A stretch of 62,410 bases of DNA, counting the filler. It is 5 parts of 5 records of this genome, joined end to end, with 100 filler letters (N's around TTAATTAATTAA, not from the genome) between each part and the next. Parts side by side here need not be neighbours in the genome. Positions count along the whole stretch, not along the records: positions 20,044 to 41,379 come from DRR378314_2031; 4 more parts are not named here. The stretch is one strand, 5' to 3'. Under the pieces are notes generated by a model that was given only the letters and a program-made list of their open reading frames with translations, searched no databases and was not told the origin of the DNA. The first letter of the stretch is position 1. Every line of letters starts with the position of its first letter. Made by a program: the position numbers and the translations under genes. This document shows, one piece after another, positions 21,824 through 31,932 of the stretch.

Positions 21824-24800
21824 TTAGCTTGCCTGCGCGAGAAGCGACGCGTTTCCGCCGGCCGCTGTTGTATCAACGCAGATATGACGTTCCAGATGGC
21901 AGCGTTCACCGAAATCCTCGTCATTGATCAGCGGCACAAGGGCACCATCGCGGGCAGCCAGAACTTTGCGAATGTCCCGCAACTCGGCCTCAGGGGCCCA
22001 TGAGACCACTGCGTCGAACCCATTCAACTCGCCAAGCTGATTAGTTTCCAGCACGCCATCGACACATCCATCACCGACCGCATCCGGGGCAATAACCACT
22101 GCTGTACAGCCATGGGCGCGGGCAATTTCCGCCTGTTGCTGCGCGGCTTCCAAGGTTGGCCCCAGACACAAGAATACGCCACGCCCATAAGTCGACAGCA
22201 TGTTGGATTCTCCGGTCGGTCCGGGCAGCTCCTCCTGGCTCAGCGGGCGGCGCGATGGGCGCGGTGCCGAATCCAACGCGGCTTGAACGTCGACACGCCC
22301 TGCAAAAGGTGCGCTGTCCGTGTTGATCTGTCGTGTTGATTGCTGCGCGAAACGCTTAACATAGGATGGACCACCAGCCTTGGGGCCGGTGCCAGACAAA
22401 CCTTCGCCGCCGAAGGGCTGGGAACCAACAATCGCACCAATCTGGTTGCGATTGATATACATGTTTCCGACATTCAGCTGAGAGGTGACCTGTTCGACCC
22501 GATCGTCGATCCGCGAGTGCATCCCGAAGGTCAGGCCAAAACCGGTGGCGTTGATCGCCGCCACAACGGTGTCCAGCTCGGACGCTTTGTAGGTCGCGAC
22601 ATGCAGGACTGGCCCAAAAACTTCCTTTTCCAGATCCGCGATGCCGTCGACCTTTAGGACTGTTGGCGGAATGAAAGTTCCCTGCGTTGGTACCACGCGC
22701 TCTTTCAGCAAACGGCAATTTTTGCGCGCAGCTTCAATATATTCGCTGATTTCATCAAATGCGCCCTTGTTAATGACCGGGCCCACATCGGTTCTGAATT
22801 CCCATGGGTTGCCAATGACCAGCTCGTCCATTGCGCCGTACAGCATCTCAAGGAAGGGTTCAGCAACATCCTCTTGTACGTATAACAGACGCAATGCCGA
22901 GCATCGTTGGCCTGCCGACTGGAATGCTGATGCCACAATATCCTTGATCGCCTGCTCGGGCAGAGCGGTCGAATCCACAATCATTGCGTTCAGTCCACCA
23001 GTTTCGGCGATCAACGGAGCGCCGGGCGCAATCTGGTTCACCATCGCCCGATTGATGGTCTGCGCAGTGTGGGTTGAACCGGTAAAGCAGACACCGGTGA
23101 TGCGCGGATCAGATGTCAAACGGGCGCCGACCACTGAACCGCGACCCGGCAAAAGTTGCAGGGCAGATGTTGGAACGCCTGCTTCGTGGATCAAACGAAC
23201 CGCGATGGCAGCTGTGATCGAGGTCGGATCAGCCGGTTTTGCAACAACCGCGTTTCCGGCGGCCAGTGCGGCCGCAATCTGCCCGGTGAATATCGCCAAC
23301 GGGAAGTTCCAAGGAGAAACACAGGCCATGACGCCCCGCGCAGGGTTGGACAGTTCAGTGCCCCTGACAGCATAATAGCGCAGAAAATCCACAGCCTCGC
23401 GCAGTTCGGCAATCGCATCCAATGGCGTCTTGCCCGCCTCGCGGGTCAGCGCCGCAAACAATTCACCAAAGTTGGCCTCATAAAGGTCGGCGGCCCGGTT
23501 CAACACCTCGGCGCGGGTCTGTGCATCTTGATCCCAGGTCGTGGCGTTCGCCAGCGCTGTTTCCACATCCTCTGCGGAAGCCTGCTTGACGGTTCCAACG
23601 GAATCGCCATGATTGGATGGACTGGCAACCGGACGGTCTGCATCCCCCCGGACCGAACCTGCAATCATTGGGCCTACATTCCAGAACTGGGTCTGGAATG
23701 GCGTGCGCGCGGCTTCGATTTCCGCAAGATCCTCGGCATCGTGCAAATCCCATCCCCGGGAATTCGGGCGTTCAGCACCGTAGATGTCCTTGGGCAACTG
23801 AACCGCTGCGTTAGTCCCCCCCGCTCCGTAGGTTTCAAATGGATCGGCTGCGACGGTTTCAGCAGGTACATTTTCATCAACAATCTGATTGACGAAAGAA
23901 GAGTTTGCCCCGTTTTCAAGCAGTCGCCGCACAAGATAGGCAAGCAGATCGCGATGCGCACCGACCGGAGCGTAGATGCGACAGCGCGTGCCATTCTGTT
24001 TCAGCACCAAATCATGAAGGCTGTCGCCCATTCCGTGAAGGCGCTGGAATTCGAAACTGCGTGTATCGTTGGCTTGTTGAAGGATCGCAGCGACGGTATG
24101 CGCGTTATGCGTGGCAAATTGCGGATATATTCGGTCCGTCATTCCAAGAAGTTTGCGGGCGCAGCAAAGGTAGGAAATATCAGTCGCAACCTTGCGGGTA
24201 TAAACCGGAAAGTCGACCAAACCTTCAACCTGCGCGCGTTTGACTTCGGTATCCCAATAGGCGCCTTTTACAAGGCGCACCATGATTTTGCGGTCCAGCT
24301 CACCCGACAGGGAATAGAGCCAGTCAATCACCTGTGGCGCGCGTTTGCCATAGGCCTGAACCACAACGCCAAAGCCATCCCAGCCCGCCAGCGAAGGATC
24401 ACGTAAAACGGCCTCGATGACGTCCAGAGACAGTTCGAGACGATCAGCTTCTTCTGCGTCGATGTTGAGCCCCATGCCCGCAGCTTTTGCCTGTTGTGCC
24501 AATTGCAGCGTGATTGGCACCAGTTCCTGCATCACGCGATCTTTCTGCCCAACCTCATAACGCGGGTGCAATGCGGACAGCTTGATCGAGATTCCGGGGT
24601 TTTCACGGATATCCCTGGACCGGCATTCAGAAGCCAAGTTGGCGATAGCTTGCGAATATGCATCCAGGAAAGACGCGGCATCTTTAGCCGTCAGAGCTGC
24701 CTCGCCCAGCATGTCATAGGAATAGGTATAGCCTTCCTTTTCCTTCTTCTTGCCGCGCTTAACGGCCTCTTCAATTGTTTGGCCAAGTACGAACTGTGCG

Positions 24801-25297
24801 CCCATTTCCTTCATGGCGCGGCCCACAGCTGCCCGGATGACCGGCTCGCCAAGCCGTTTCACTGCGCCCTTCAACGTGGCCGCGACGCCTGTTCCGTCCT
24901 GCAAAACCTTACCAGTTAGCATCAATGCCCAAGTCGACGCGTTCACAAGTGAAGAGGACGACTGCCCAAGATGCTGTCCCCAGGATGATGGCGCGATCTT
25001 GTCTTCAATCAGCGCATCAATCGTTTCATCGTCGGGCACGCGCAGTAGCGCTTCGGCCAGACACATCAGCGCCACGCCTTCATTTGTCGACAGACCGTAT
25101 TCTGCCAGGAACACTTCCATCAGCCCAGGGCTGCTGTCATCGCGAATTGCCTTGACCAATTCAGTCGCGCGATTGCGGGCAGTCGCGCGCTCTGCCGCCG
25201 TGAATGGGTGTGTATCGGTGAGTTCCTGCAAGACCTGAACTTCATTGCGAAGATGGTTGCGGCGGAGATGAGCGCGGATCTCGTTCAAGCTGGACAT
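21824..25297 (-). CDS. putA: Bifunctional proline dehydrogenase / L-glutamate gamma-semialdehyde dehydrogenase
   Basis: EGVALMCLAEALLRVPD, SYDMLGEAA, VRLVKGAYWDTE, FATHNAHT, RRLLENGANSSF, AETGG, SAGQRCSALR; likely ATG at 25297 after AGGAGA. Confidence 0.97.
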   Translation of the reverse strand: MSSLNEIRAHLRRNHLRNEVQVLQELTDTHPFTAAERATARNRATELVKAIRDDSSPGLMEVFLAEYGLSTNEGVALMCLAEALLRVPDDETIDALIEDKIAPSSWGQHLGQSSSSLVNASTWALMLTGKVLQDGTGVAATLKGAVKRLGEPVIRAAVGRAMKEMGAQFVLGQTIEEAVKRGKKKEKEGYTYSYDMLGEAALTAKDAASFLDAYSQAIANLASECRSRDIRENPGISIKLSALHPRYEVGQKDRVMQELVPITLQLAQQAKAAGMGLNIDAEEADRLELSLDVIEAVLRDPSLAGWDGFGVVVQAYGKRAPQVIDWLYSLSGELDRKIMVRLVKGAYWDTEVKRAQVEGLVDFPVYTRKVATDISYLCCARKLLGMTDRIYPQFATHNAHTVAAILQQANDTRSFEFQRLHGMGDSLHDLVLKQNGTRCRIYAPVGAHRDLLAYLVRRLLENGANSSFVNQIVDENVPAETVAADPFETYGAGGTNAAVQLPKDIYGAERPNSRGWDLHDAEDLAEIEAARTPFQTQFWNVGPMIAGSVRGDADRPVASPSNHGDSVGTVKQASAEDVETALANATTWDQDAQTRAEVLNRAADLYEANFGELFAALTREAGKTPLDAIAELREAVDFLRYYAVRGTELSNPARGVMACVSPWNFPLAIFTGQIAAALAAGNAVVAKPADPTSITAAIAVRLIHEAGVPTSALQLLPGRGSVVGARLTSDPRITGVCFTGSTHTAQTINRAMVNQIAPGAPLIAETGGLNAMIVDSTALPEQAIKDIVASAFQSAGQRCSALRLLYVQEDVAEPFLEMLYGAMDELVIGNPWEFRTDVGPVINKGAFDEISEYIEAARKNCRLLKERVVPTQGTFIPPTVLKVDGIADLEKEVFGPVLHVATYKASELDTVVAAINATGFGLTFGMHSRIDDRVEQVTSQLNVGNMYINRNQIGAIVGSQPFGGEGLSGTGPKAGGPSYVKRFAQQSTRQINTDSAPFAGRVDVQAALDSAPRPSRRPLSQEELPGPTGESNMLSTYGRGVFLCLGPTLEAAQQQAEIARAHGCTAVVIAPDAVGDGCVDGVLETNQLGELNGFDAVVSWAPEAELRDIRKVLAARDGALVPLINDEDFGERCHLERHICVDTTAAGGNASLLAQAS

Positions 25298-25419
25298 CTT
25301 GTCTCCTAGAAATGAGGTTTGCAGATAGTCTATCTGACGAGAAAAAGTCATGTTGGCTTTTTTCTACCTAATTCTTGACGTATAGACTTATTTTGCCACC
25401 TATTTGAGAGATTTGGGCC

Positions 25420-25887
25420 ATGATTAGCCATCAAAGAAGTCTACTGGACCGATACGATCGGGAAATAATGCAGATTCTCAGTCGCGAAGGTCGACTACCG
25501 GTGACCGAACTGGCTGCACGCGTGGGCCTGTCAAAAACCCCATGCCAGGTGAGATTGAAGCGTTTGATATCAGAGGGATATATTCAGGGCTTCAAAGCAA
25601 GGCTCGATCCTCTGAAACTTGGGATGGAGCAAGTCGTTTTTGTTGAAGTAAGGCTTACCGACACGACAGAGCGCGCATTGACCGAGTTCAACGCAGCCGT
25701 CCAGAAGGTGCCGGAAATCGAACAATGCCACATGATAGCCGGTGCATTTGACTATTTGCTGAAGCTTCGAACGCAAGACATGCGAAGCTATCGCGAAATA
25801 CTCGGGGAAGTCGTTTCATCCCTGCCCCATGTCGGAAGCACGTCAACCCACGTCTCAATGCAATCCGTCAAGGACGAAGCCTATTGA
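25420..25887 (+). CDS. putR: Lrp/AsnC regulator, PutR
   Basis: LDRYDREIMQILSREGR..ELAARVGLSKTPCQVRLKRL; transcribed divergently from putA. Confidence 0.9.
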   Translation: MISHQRSLLDRYDREIMQILSREGRLPVTELAARVGLSKTPCQVRLKRLISEGYIQGFKARLDPLKLGMEQVVFVEVRLTDTTERALTEFNAAVQKVPEIEQCHMIAGAFDYLLKLRTQDMRSYREILGEVVSSLPHVGSTSTHVSMQSVKDEAY

Positions 25888-26056
25888 ATGGGTTCGCTTG
25901 CTTCGACTGGTGAAATTAATTCTCATCACGCAAGAAGTTTCGTACCTTCGTGATATAGCTGTCGCGCACCCCTGATACGGGAATTTGATCACTGAATAGC
26001 AACCTCGCCAGGGGTTCATCACGTGCCGGGTCAGGCATGAAACAGGGAGACCGAGC

Positions 26057-27676
26057 TTGGAAAAGAAGACTGTTAGTAAAGCTATCATTGAAAGCCTGAT
26101 TGCCAATGATGTTGACACCGTTTTCGGCATTCCGGGCGCGCATACCTATAACCTGACCAACGCTCTGCACGAGGCGAAGAATTCGATCAGCTTCGTCCAC
26201 ACCCGACACGAGCAGGGGTCAGCTTATATGGCCTATGGGTACGCTAAGTCTTCGGGCAAACCCGGCGTGTTCACTGTTGTGCCCGGCCCCGGAATATTGA
26301 ACGCAGGCGCAGCACTGTGCACGGCCTATGGCGCAAATGCCCCAGTGATGTGTTTGACCGGCAATATCATGACGCATCTCATGGGACAGGGGCGCGGCCA
26401 GTTGCATGAACTGCCCGATCAACTGGCAACGCTGCGCGGGATGACGAAATGGTCCGACCGGATCAATCACGCAACCGAAGCACCTTCGAAAATGGCGACG
26501 GCCTTCGCGCATATGACATCCGGACGCCAACGCCCCGTGGCGGTTGAAGTGCCGTGGGACATATTCGCAAACGCGGCTGTGATCGAGGGCGCGAAGGTCG
26601 TTCAACCAAGCCCGCCAGCGATCGATCCAGATCAAATTGCGGATGCCGTCGCTTTACTCAGGCAAGCGAAGAACCCGCTGATCATGGTTGGGGGCGGCGC
26701 ACTTGATGCGGCTTCTGAGGTTCTTGCACTGGCCGAGAAATTGCAGGCACCGGTCGTCGCGCACAGGTCAGGTAAGGGCATTGTTTCCGACAAGTCGCCT
26801 TACAGTTTCAACCTGATCGCAGGCTATGAGTACTGGAAGAACTGCGATCTTCTCTTGGGCATCGGATCCCGTTTGGAACTTCAGTTCATGCGCTGGAAAT
26901 GGCAGCCGAAGGGCTTGAAAATCGTGCGGGTCGATATTGATCCGACCGAAATGGTTCGCCTGAAACCCGACCACGGAGTTGTGGGGGATGCTGCGCTCTG
27001 CAGCGTTGCATTGACCGAGGCCCTTGGCGATCACAACCCGGGAAAGCGCAGCGAAGAATTTGAAGGCTACCGCGCCCGCTCGATCAAAGCGATGCAGGTC
27101 GTACAGCCACAGATGTCTTACCTTGACGCCATCCGCGCGGCACTGCCCGAGGATGGCTTTTTTGTCGAAGAAGTCAGCCAGATGGGCTTTACCGCACGGT
27201 TTGGTTTTCCCGTGTACAAACCCAGGCAATATGTGACCTGCGGGTATCAAGATAATCTGGGTTTCGGGTACAATACCGCGCTTGGTGTAAAAGTGGCCCA
27301 CCCTGACAAGACCGTAGTCTCAGTATCAGGCGACGGTGGGTTCATGTTCGGTGCTCAGGAACTTGCCACGGCCAAGCAACACAACATCGCGGTTGTGGCG
27401 ATCGTGTTCAACAACAAGGCTTACGGCAACGTCCGGCGCGATCAGATGAATGTCTTTGGTGGCAACGTCATCGGGTCGGATCTGGAGAATCCAGATTTTG
27501 TTGCCTTGGCCGAAAGCTATGGCATCGCTGCGGCACGCGTTGAAACGGCGGAAGCACTGAAGGAAAGTTTGGACGCATTTGTTGCGCTGAACAAGCCCGC
27601 GCTGATCGAAGTGGATGTCGAAACCGGTTCAGAGACGCCCCCCTGGCAGTTTCTGCACCCGGCACCCCATGATTGA
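26057..27676 (+). CDS. Thiamine-diphosphate-dependent enzyme (acetolactate synthase/decarboxylase superfamily)
   Basis: VFGIPG, TRHEQGSAYMAYGYA, ThDP motif GDGGF..NNKAYG; no small subunit or ilv context. Confidence 0.9.
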   Translation: MEKKTVSKAIIESLIANDVDTVFGIPGAHTYNLTNALHEAKNSISFVHTRHEQGSAYMAYGYAKSSGKPGVFTVVPGPGILNAGAALCTAYGANAPVMCLTGNIMTHLMGQGRGQLHELPDQLATLRGMTKWSDRINHATEAPSKMATAFAHMTSGRQRPVAVEVPWDIFANAAVIEGAKVVQPSPPAIDPDQIADAVALLRQAKNPLIMVGGGALDAASEVLALAEKLQAPVVAHRSGKGIVSDKSPYSFNLIAGYEYWKNCDLLLGIGSRLELQFMRWKWQPKGLKIVRVDIDPTEMVRLKPDHGVVGDAALCSVALTEALGDHNPGKRSEEFEGYRARSIKAMQVVQPQMSYLDAIRAALPEDGFFVEEVSQMGFTARFGFPVYKPRQYVTCGYQDNLGFGYNTALGVKVAHPDKTVVSVSGDGGFMFGAQELATAKQHNIAVVAIVFNNKAYGNVRRDQMNVFGGNVIGSDLENPDFVALAESYGIAAARVETAEALKESLDAFVALNKPALIEVDVETGSETPPWQFLHPAPHD

Positions 27677-27701
27677 ACAGCAATGATCCGGAACTCTCGA
27701 T

Positions 27702-28454
27702 ATGCCGTCATTCAATAACATCCGGTCCGTAGAACGCACCCTTTCGGTGTTGCAGGCCATGAATGAAGGCAACCTGGCGCGGATTTCAGATCTGCAGGAC
27801 AAGACCGGACTACCCTCAGCCACGGTTGTTCGAATAATCGAGACATTGGTCAGCCTGGGCTATGTCCAAAACCACGGTCGCAGGATCGGCTATACCTTGA
27901 CCGAGAAAGTCCTGGAACTGAGCTCGGGGTTTCACGGGCTGCCGTTGTTTCTGGAAAGCGCCAAATCGGTACTGCTTGATCTGACTGAAGCCATTCGCTG
28001 GCCCGCAGCACTGGCGACATTGGACAATGTGTCCATGGTTGTCAGGCTCAGCACAATACCCGAAAGCCCGCTGGCACACACTCATTCCACGTTACAGAAA
28101 CGATTGGAACTTCTGGTCCGGGCACATGGGAGAGCGTATCTTGCGCATTGCCCCGACGAAGAACGTCATAGCCTGTATCGCAAGCTGATCGAGCAAGAGG
28201 TCACACAGCTGGTTCTGCCGGAGCTTGACGCACGGATGCGCCCAATCCTGTCCCATGTCCGCCACCTTGGCTATGCAGAGCGCGACCACGAAATCGACCC
28301 ACAGACGACCACAGTTGCTATGCCCGTGTTTTTTTCCGGCCGTCTCAGCGCAACGATTGGCGTTACCTTCTTTCGCGGCGCCCGCGCCGATAGAAAGAGC
28401 ATTCTAGAGCATATGCAGCGGGCTTTGGACAAGCTTGAAGCCCTTGAGCCATAG
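27702..28454 (+). CDS. IclR-family transcriptional regulator (MhpR-like)
   Basis: IRSVERTLSVL..TGLPSATVVRIIETL..Y.LT..VLELSSGF; RAHGRAYLAHC effector domain. Confidence 0.9.
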   Translation: MPSFNNIRSVERTLSVLQAMNEGNLARISDLQDKTGLPSATVVRIIETLVSLGYVQNHGRRIGYTLTEKVLELSSGFHGLPLFLESAKSVLLDLTEAIRWPAALATLDNVSMVVRLSTIPESPLAHTHSTLQKRLELLVRAHGRAYLAHCPDEERHSLYRKLIEQEVTQLVLPELDARMRPILSHVRHLGYAERDHEIDPQTTTVAMPVFFSGRLSATIGVTFFRGARADRKSILEHMQRALDKLEALEP

Positions 28455-28587
28455 AAGATCAAACTGCAGCGGTAGAACCGACCGCTGAATCCATTTCACC
28501 AAACAGCACTTCCGACGCAATACTACCTTCGCTTACAGAGATGTGATCCACCAATCGAAGGCACTTGATGTCAGACGGGTAGCGACC

Positions 28588-29430
28588 ATGAAGCTTCTCA
28601 GAAAAGCATTCTTTGGCGCAGTCGCAAGTTCAACCATCGCAGCGGGTGCCTTTGCCCAGGATGTCACCTAGCGAATGTCGACATGGCTGCCTCTCTACCA
28701 TCAGATTTCCACCGGATCGCTTGAACCATGGTTCAAAACCATCAGCGAAACATCCGGCGGCACGTTGACCATTGCACTTGATCCGGTCCCTATCGACAAA
28801 CCACCCGGACAACATGACGTAGTCTAAAGCCGCTCGGCGGCGTCGGTCGCGGCGGGTGGGATTTTCGGGATATTGATCCGTCCCTATGTCGTCATGATCC
28901 TTTACGGTGTGCTGACATAGACCTCTATCAGAGATCTCTTTATTGCCAGGCTACTCCCTGGCATGCTGACTATCCTGGGGTTTATGCAGGTGGTCACGAT
29001 AATTACACGAATGCATCCCCGGCAGGGCCCTACCGGTAACAAGACCAGCGGCTGGGACAAGGCAATCACGCTTCTGAAAACATGGCCTATTCTGATCCTT
29101 TTGGGGCTGATCATCGGCGGGATTTATCTTGGCGTGTTCACACCGACCGAAGCGTCCGGCATGGGGGCTGTTGGTGTCTTTTTTTTGATCGCCGTCATTC
29201 GCCACAAAAAGGATCGTACCCGCTTGCTGGCCGCGTTCCGTGAGACATTACGATGATCATTGTCGTGCTGTTTGGTGCCCTCACACTGAACAATCTTATC
29301 GTATTCTCAGAACTTGCCAGCGGGTTATCCAGCTTTGTGACAAACCTGAATTTCACACCAATGGCAACTATGGCCATCATTCTGCTGATCTACCTTGCGC
29401 TTGGTTGTTTTCTGGATGCCCTGGCCATTA
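28588..29430 (+). pseudogene. Degenerate TRAP transporter: dctP 5' part fused in-frame to an internal part of dctM (dctQ deleted)
   Basis: MKLLRKAFFGAVASSTIAAGAFAQDVT*RMSTWLP..EPWFKTISETSGGTL (DctP signal peptide and N-terminus) then *SRSAASVAAGGIFGILIRPYVVMILYGVLT*TSIRDLFIARLLPG..GGIYLGVFTPTEASG..LGCFLDALAII (DctM). Three in-frame stops and a frameshift near 29255. Confidence 0.85.
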
Positions 29431-30762
29431 TCCGAGCGCTGTCTCGGTCATTTTCGCCCGAATGGTGGTCTGTTCGTGCGGCTCGACTGTCGGTTTAAGG
29501 GTGCCGCCGTCCGGTTCACCCCAAACGATCTCGACCTCTTTTCCAAACTCAACATCAGCCTCATTGATAATACCGATCGAGAACCATCCCCCGACCGCCG
29601 TCGTGTAGGCCGCGTAAATTGAAATACCAACCGGCTTGCCGTCGATCAAAACCTGATCATATGGCACTGTCGCATAGTGTGCGGCAGGCATTTCCAGGTA
29701 CTTATATGTCGGGCCGTCTTTCAGCATCGAGCCCTGGATCTTCAGTACATCCTCGGGCGACCACTGCAGCCAAATTTTCTTACGATGCGGCCCGTCTTTT
29801 CTGGCCAACAGTGCTTCGCGCCCTTTAAATTGATGATCCCAGTGGATCAACCGATGATAACCGACATCCCAGGGATCCAGATAATAGTCTTCGATCTTGT
29901 CGCTGATCAGGCTTCCGCCAATGGATAATGTTGCCTCGTAAGATGTGTCCGGCAACCAGTCACGATAATCGTTCATATCGTCACCTGTGTACACAGCAGG
30001 AAGAACAGACCCGACCCACCCTGACTGAGGTCCGGCGGTGGAATAGGTTCTGCCGCCACCCCGAACAAGGTCGTGATCCTTGCCTGCCGCCATTACCGCC
30101 TTCAAAACCTTTTTGCGTTCAGCATATGGTCCCCAGAACTCCAACCCCGGGGCCTGCGCCATACCATGGCGCAATCCGGTCACAAGGCATCCGGCAATGG
30201 TGATTTCGCACATGCCGAAGAACCGCAGTTCGGGCAGTGGACTGCCAGTAGCAATTTCAAGAATCTTATAGGCGTTTGGCCCCTGAATCTGGAAGCGATA
30301 CATCTCGCGGTTCCAGTCGCCTTCCAAGACCCGCAGATCCTTGCGCAGCGTGATGTCATAGTCGCCCGTCTCGTATGCATATTCGACAAAATTCCCGCAA
30401 GACGGCTTGCCGATAATCTGCAATTCGCCGTTTTGAAGGTGGAAGACCACGGCATCACCGATAATGTGCCCGCTGTCCGAAACGACAACCATCTGCACGG
30501 CCTTCATCGGTGCGAAATCCGTGAAGTTGTTGATGGAGATATCAGCCAGAAATTTCAGCTTATCTGGCCCATCTACGTAGATGTCCGTCATGTGGTAGGA
30601 CTGCTCGAACAACACGGCCGCGTCGCGCCAGCCATTTTGCTCTACTCTCCAGTTCACATGCTCGTCCGGCACCGGAAACTGGTAAAACCCGACCTGCGCA
30701 TTTCTCAACATATCAAGTGTACTCGGATAGGTCCGAAGCTTGTCGTTCATACTGTTGGGCAT
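29428..30762 (-). CDS. Tetrahydrofolate-dependent aryl O-demethylase (LigM/DesA family, GcvT fold)
   Basis: DMLRNAQVGFYQFP..NWRVEQ..VLFEQSYHM, YRFQIQGPNA, LRHGMAQAPGLEFWGPY, GGRTYS (position of the LigM catalytic Tyr), WGEPDGGT.K.TVEPH. Confidence 0.88.
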   Translation of the reverse strand: MPNSMNDKLRTYPSTLDMLRNAQVGFYQFPVPDEHVNWRVEQNGWRDAAVLFEQSYHMTDIYVDGPDKLKFLADISINNFTDFAPMKAVQMVVVSDSGHIIGDAVVFHLQNGELQIIGKPSCGNFVEYAYETGDYDITLRKDLRVLEGDWNREMYRFQIQGPNAYKILEIATGSPLPELRFFGMCEITIAGCLVTGLRHGMAQAPGLEFWGPYAERKKVLKAVMAAGKDHDLVRGGGRTYSTAGPQSGWVGSVLPAVYTGDDMNDYRDWLPDTSYEATLSIGGSLISDKIEDYYLDPWDVGYHRLIHWDHQFKGREALLARKDGPHRKKIWLQWSPEDVLKIQGSMLKDGPTYKYLEMPAAHYATVPYDQVLIDGKPVGISIYAAYTTAVGGWFSIGIINEADVEFGKEVEIVWGEPDGGTLKPTVEPHEQTTIRAKMTETALG

Positions 30763-30832
30763 GGCGTTTCCTTCACTTGGGTTTGATTGTCACAAACTAT
30801 CTTCGTGATGATCCCGCAACTGGCCAACATAC

Positions 30833-30853
30833 AAGCTTCACAGAATGAAGTTT
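30833..30853. promoter_or_regulatory. Candidate operator (inverted repeat) in the divergent ligM/dioxygenase promoter
   Basis: AAGCTTCA-CAGAA-TGAAGTTT imperfect palindrome; an IclR gene is in the same cluster. Confidence 0.4.
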
Positions 30854-30926
30854 ATTCAGTCCTACTGTTCCGTGCCCTTGAACCGGCAGCTAATCTGAAC
30901 TCAGGCAATTACCAAGAGTAATATCA

Positions 30927-31928
30927 ATGTCGATCCTGAACCCAAACACCGCTATTCCGTTCAACATCACACGGCTCAGCCATGTAGTGCTGACCAGCAA
31001 AGATCTTGATAAGACCCGGTACTTTTACGAAAGCGGACTTGGTTTGGAAGTAACGTCGCACGAAGACACTCATCTGTGTTTGCGTGCAATCGAAGAAACC
31101 GGGCATCATTCGCTGGTATTCGAGAAATCCGATGGGCCGGGCGTTGCGCGACAGATCGGATATCGGATGTTTTCTGACGATGATCTGAAACGAGCGTATG
31201 ATTATTTCAACGAACAGGGTCATGCGGCAAAATTTATCGAGCGGCCCTATCAGGGCCTCACGCTCCAACTGGATGATGGCGTTGGTGTGCCTGTGGAGTT
31301 CTGCGCCACGATGGATCAGACCGAAAACCGCATGCAGCGGTTCCATACCCACGCAGGCGGGCGGCTGGCCTTTCTGGATCATGTCCAGATAGCCTGTCAT
31401 GACGTGGCTGGCGCCTATCAATGGTACAATGATCTGGGGTTCCGGCTGACGGAATACACGGCTAAGGACGGCACAGATGAGATGTGGGGCGTTTGGCTGA
31501 AACGCAAGAACAACACTCAGGATGTGGTGTTTGGCAATGGACCGGGGCCACGACTGCACCACTTTGCCTTCCATACGCCCGAAATATCTTCGATCATCCA
31601 CGCGGCCGATGTCATGGCTTCGCTTGATCTGGCTGGCAGCATGGACCGCGCACCGGGTCGGCATGGGATCGGCAACGCCTTTTTCATCTACTTCCGCGAT
31701 CCCGATGGGCACCGGGTCGAGATATTCTCGAGCCACTACAACGTAATAGATATCGACCACGCTCCTAAACGGTGGGAATTGACCGATACGCGTCGGTCTC
31801 AGCTGTGGGGATTTCCTGCGCCGCGCAAATGGTTCATGGAAGCCAGCGCGTTCGAGGGCGTTGCCGTGAAGGACCCGCTGGTCAACGCGCCTCCTGTCAC
31901 ACTAGAAGACTTTCTTGCAAACTGGTGA
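30927..31928 (+). CDS. hpaD: Type I (VOC) extradiol dioxygenase, homoprotocatechuate 2,3-dioxygenase-like
   Basis: FNITRLSHVVL, LDHVQI, YNDLGFRLTEY, GPRLHHFAF, PGRHGIGNAFFIYFRDPDGHRVEIF, WGFPAPRKWF. Confidence 0.85.
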   Translation: MSILNPNTAIPFNITRLSHVVLTSKDLDKTRYFYESGLGLEVTSHEDTHLCLRAIEETGHHSLVFEKSDGPGVARQIGYRMFSDDDLKRAYDYFNEQGHAAKFIERPYQGLTLQLDDGVGVPVEFCATMDQTENRMQRFHTHAGGRLAFLDHVQIACHDVAGAYQWYNDLGFRLTEYTAKDGTDEMWGVWLKRKNNTQDVVFGNGPGPRLHHFAFHTPEISSIIHAADVMASLDLAGSMDRAPGRHGIGNAFFIYFRDPDGHRVEIFSSHYNVIDIDHAPKRWELTDTRRSQLWGFPAPRKWFMEASAFEGVAVKDPLVNAPPVTLEDFLANW

Positions 31929-31932
31929 TTTC

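Noticed and set aside
28588-28920. In-frame TAG codons as stop-codon recoding (pyrrolysine or alternative code)
   Set aside because: The same region has a TAA, a large deletion and a frameshift, and neighbouring genes end normally in TAG/TAA/TGA; this is decay.
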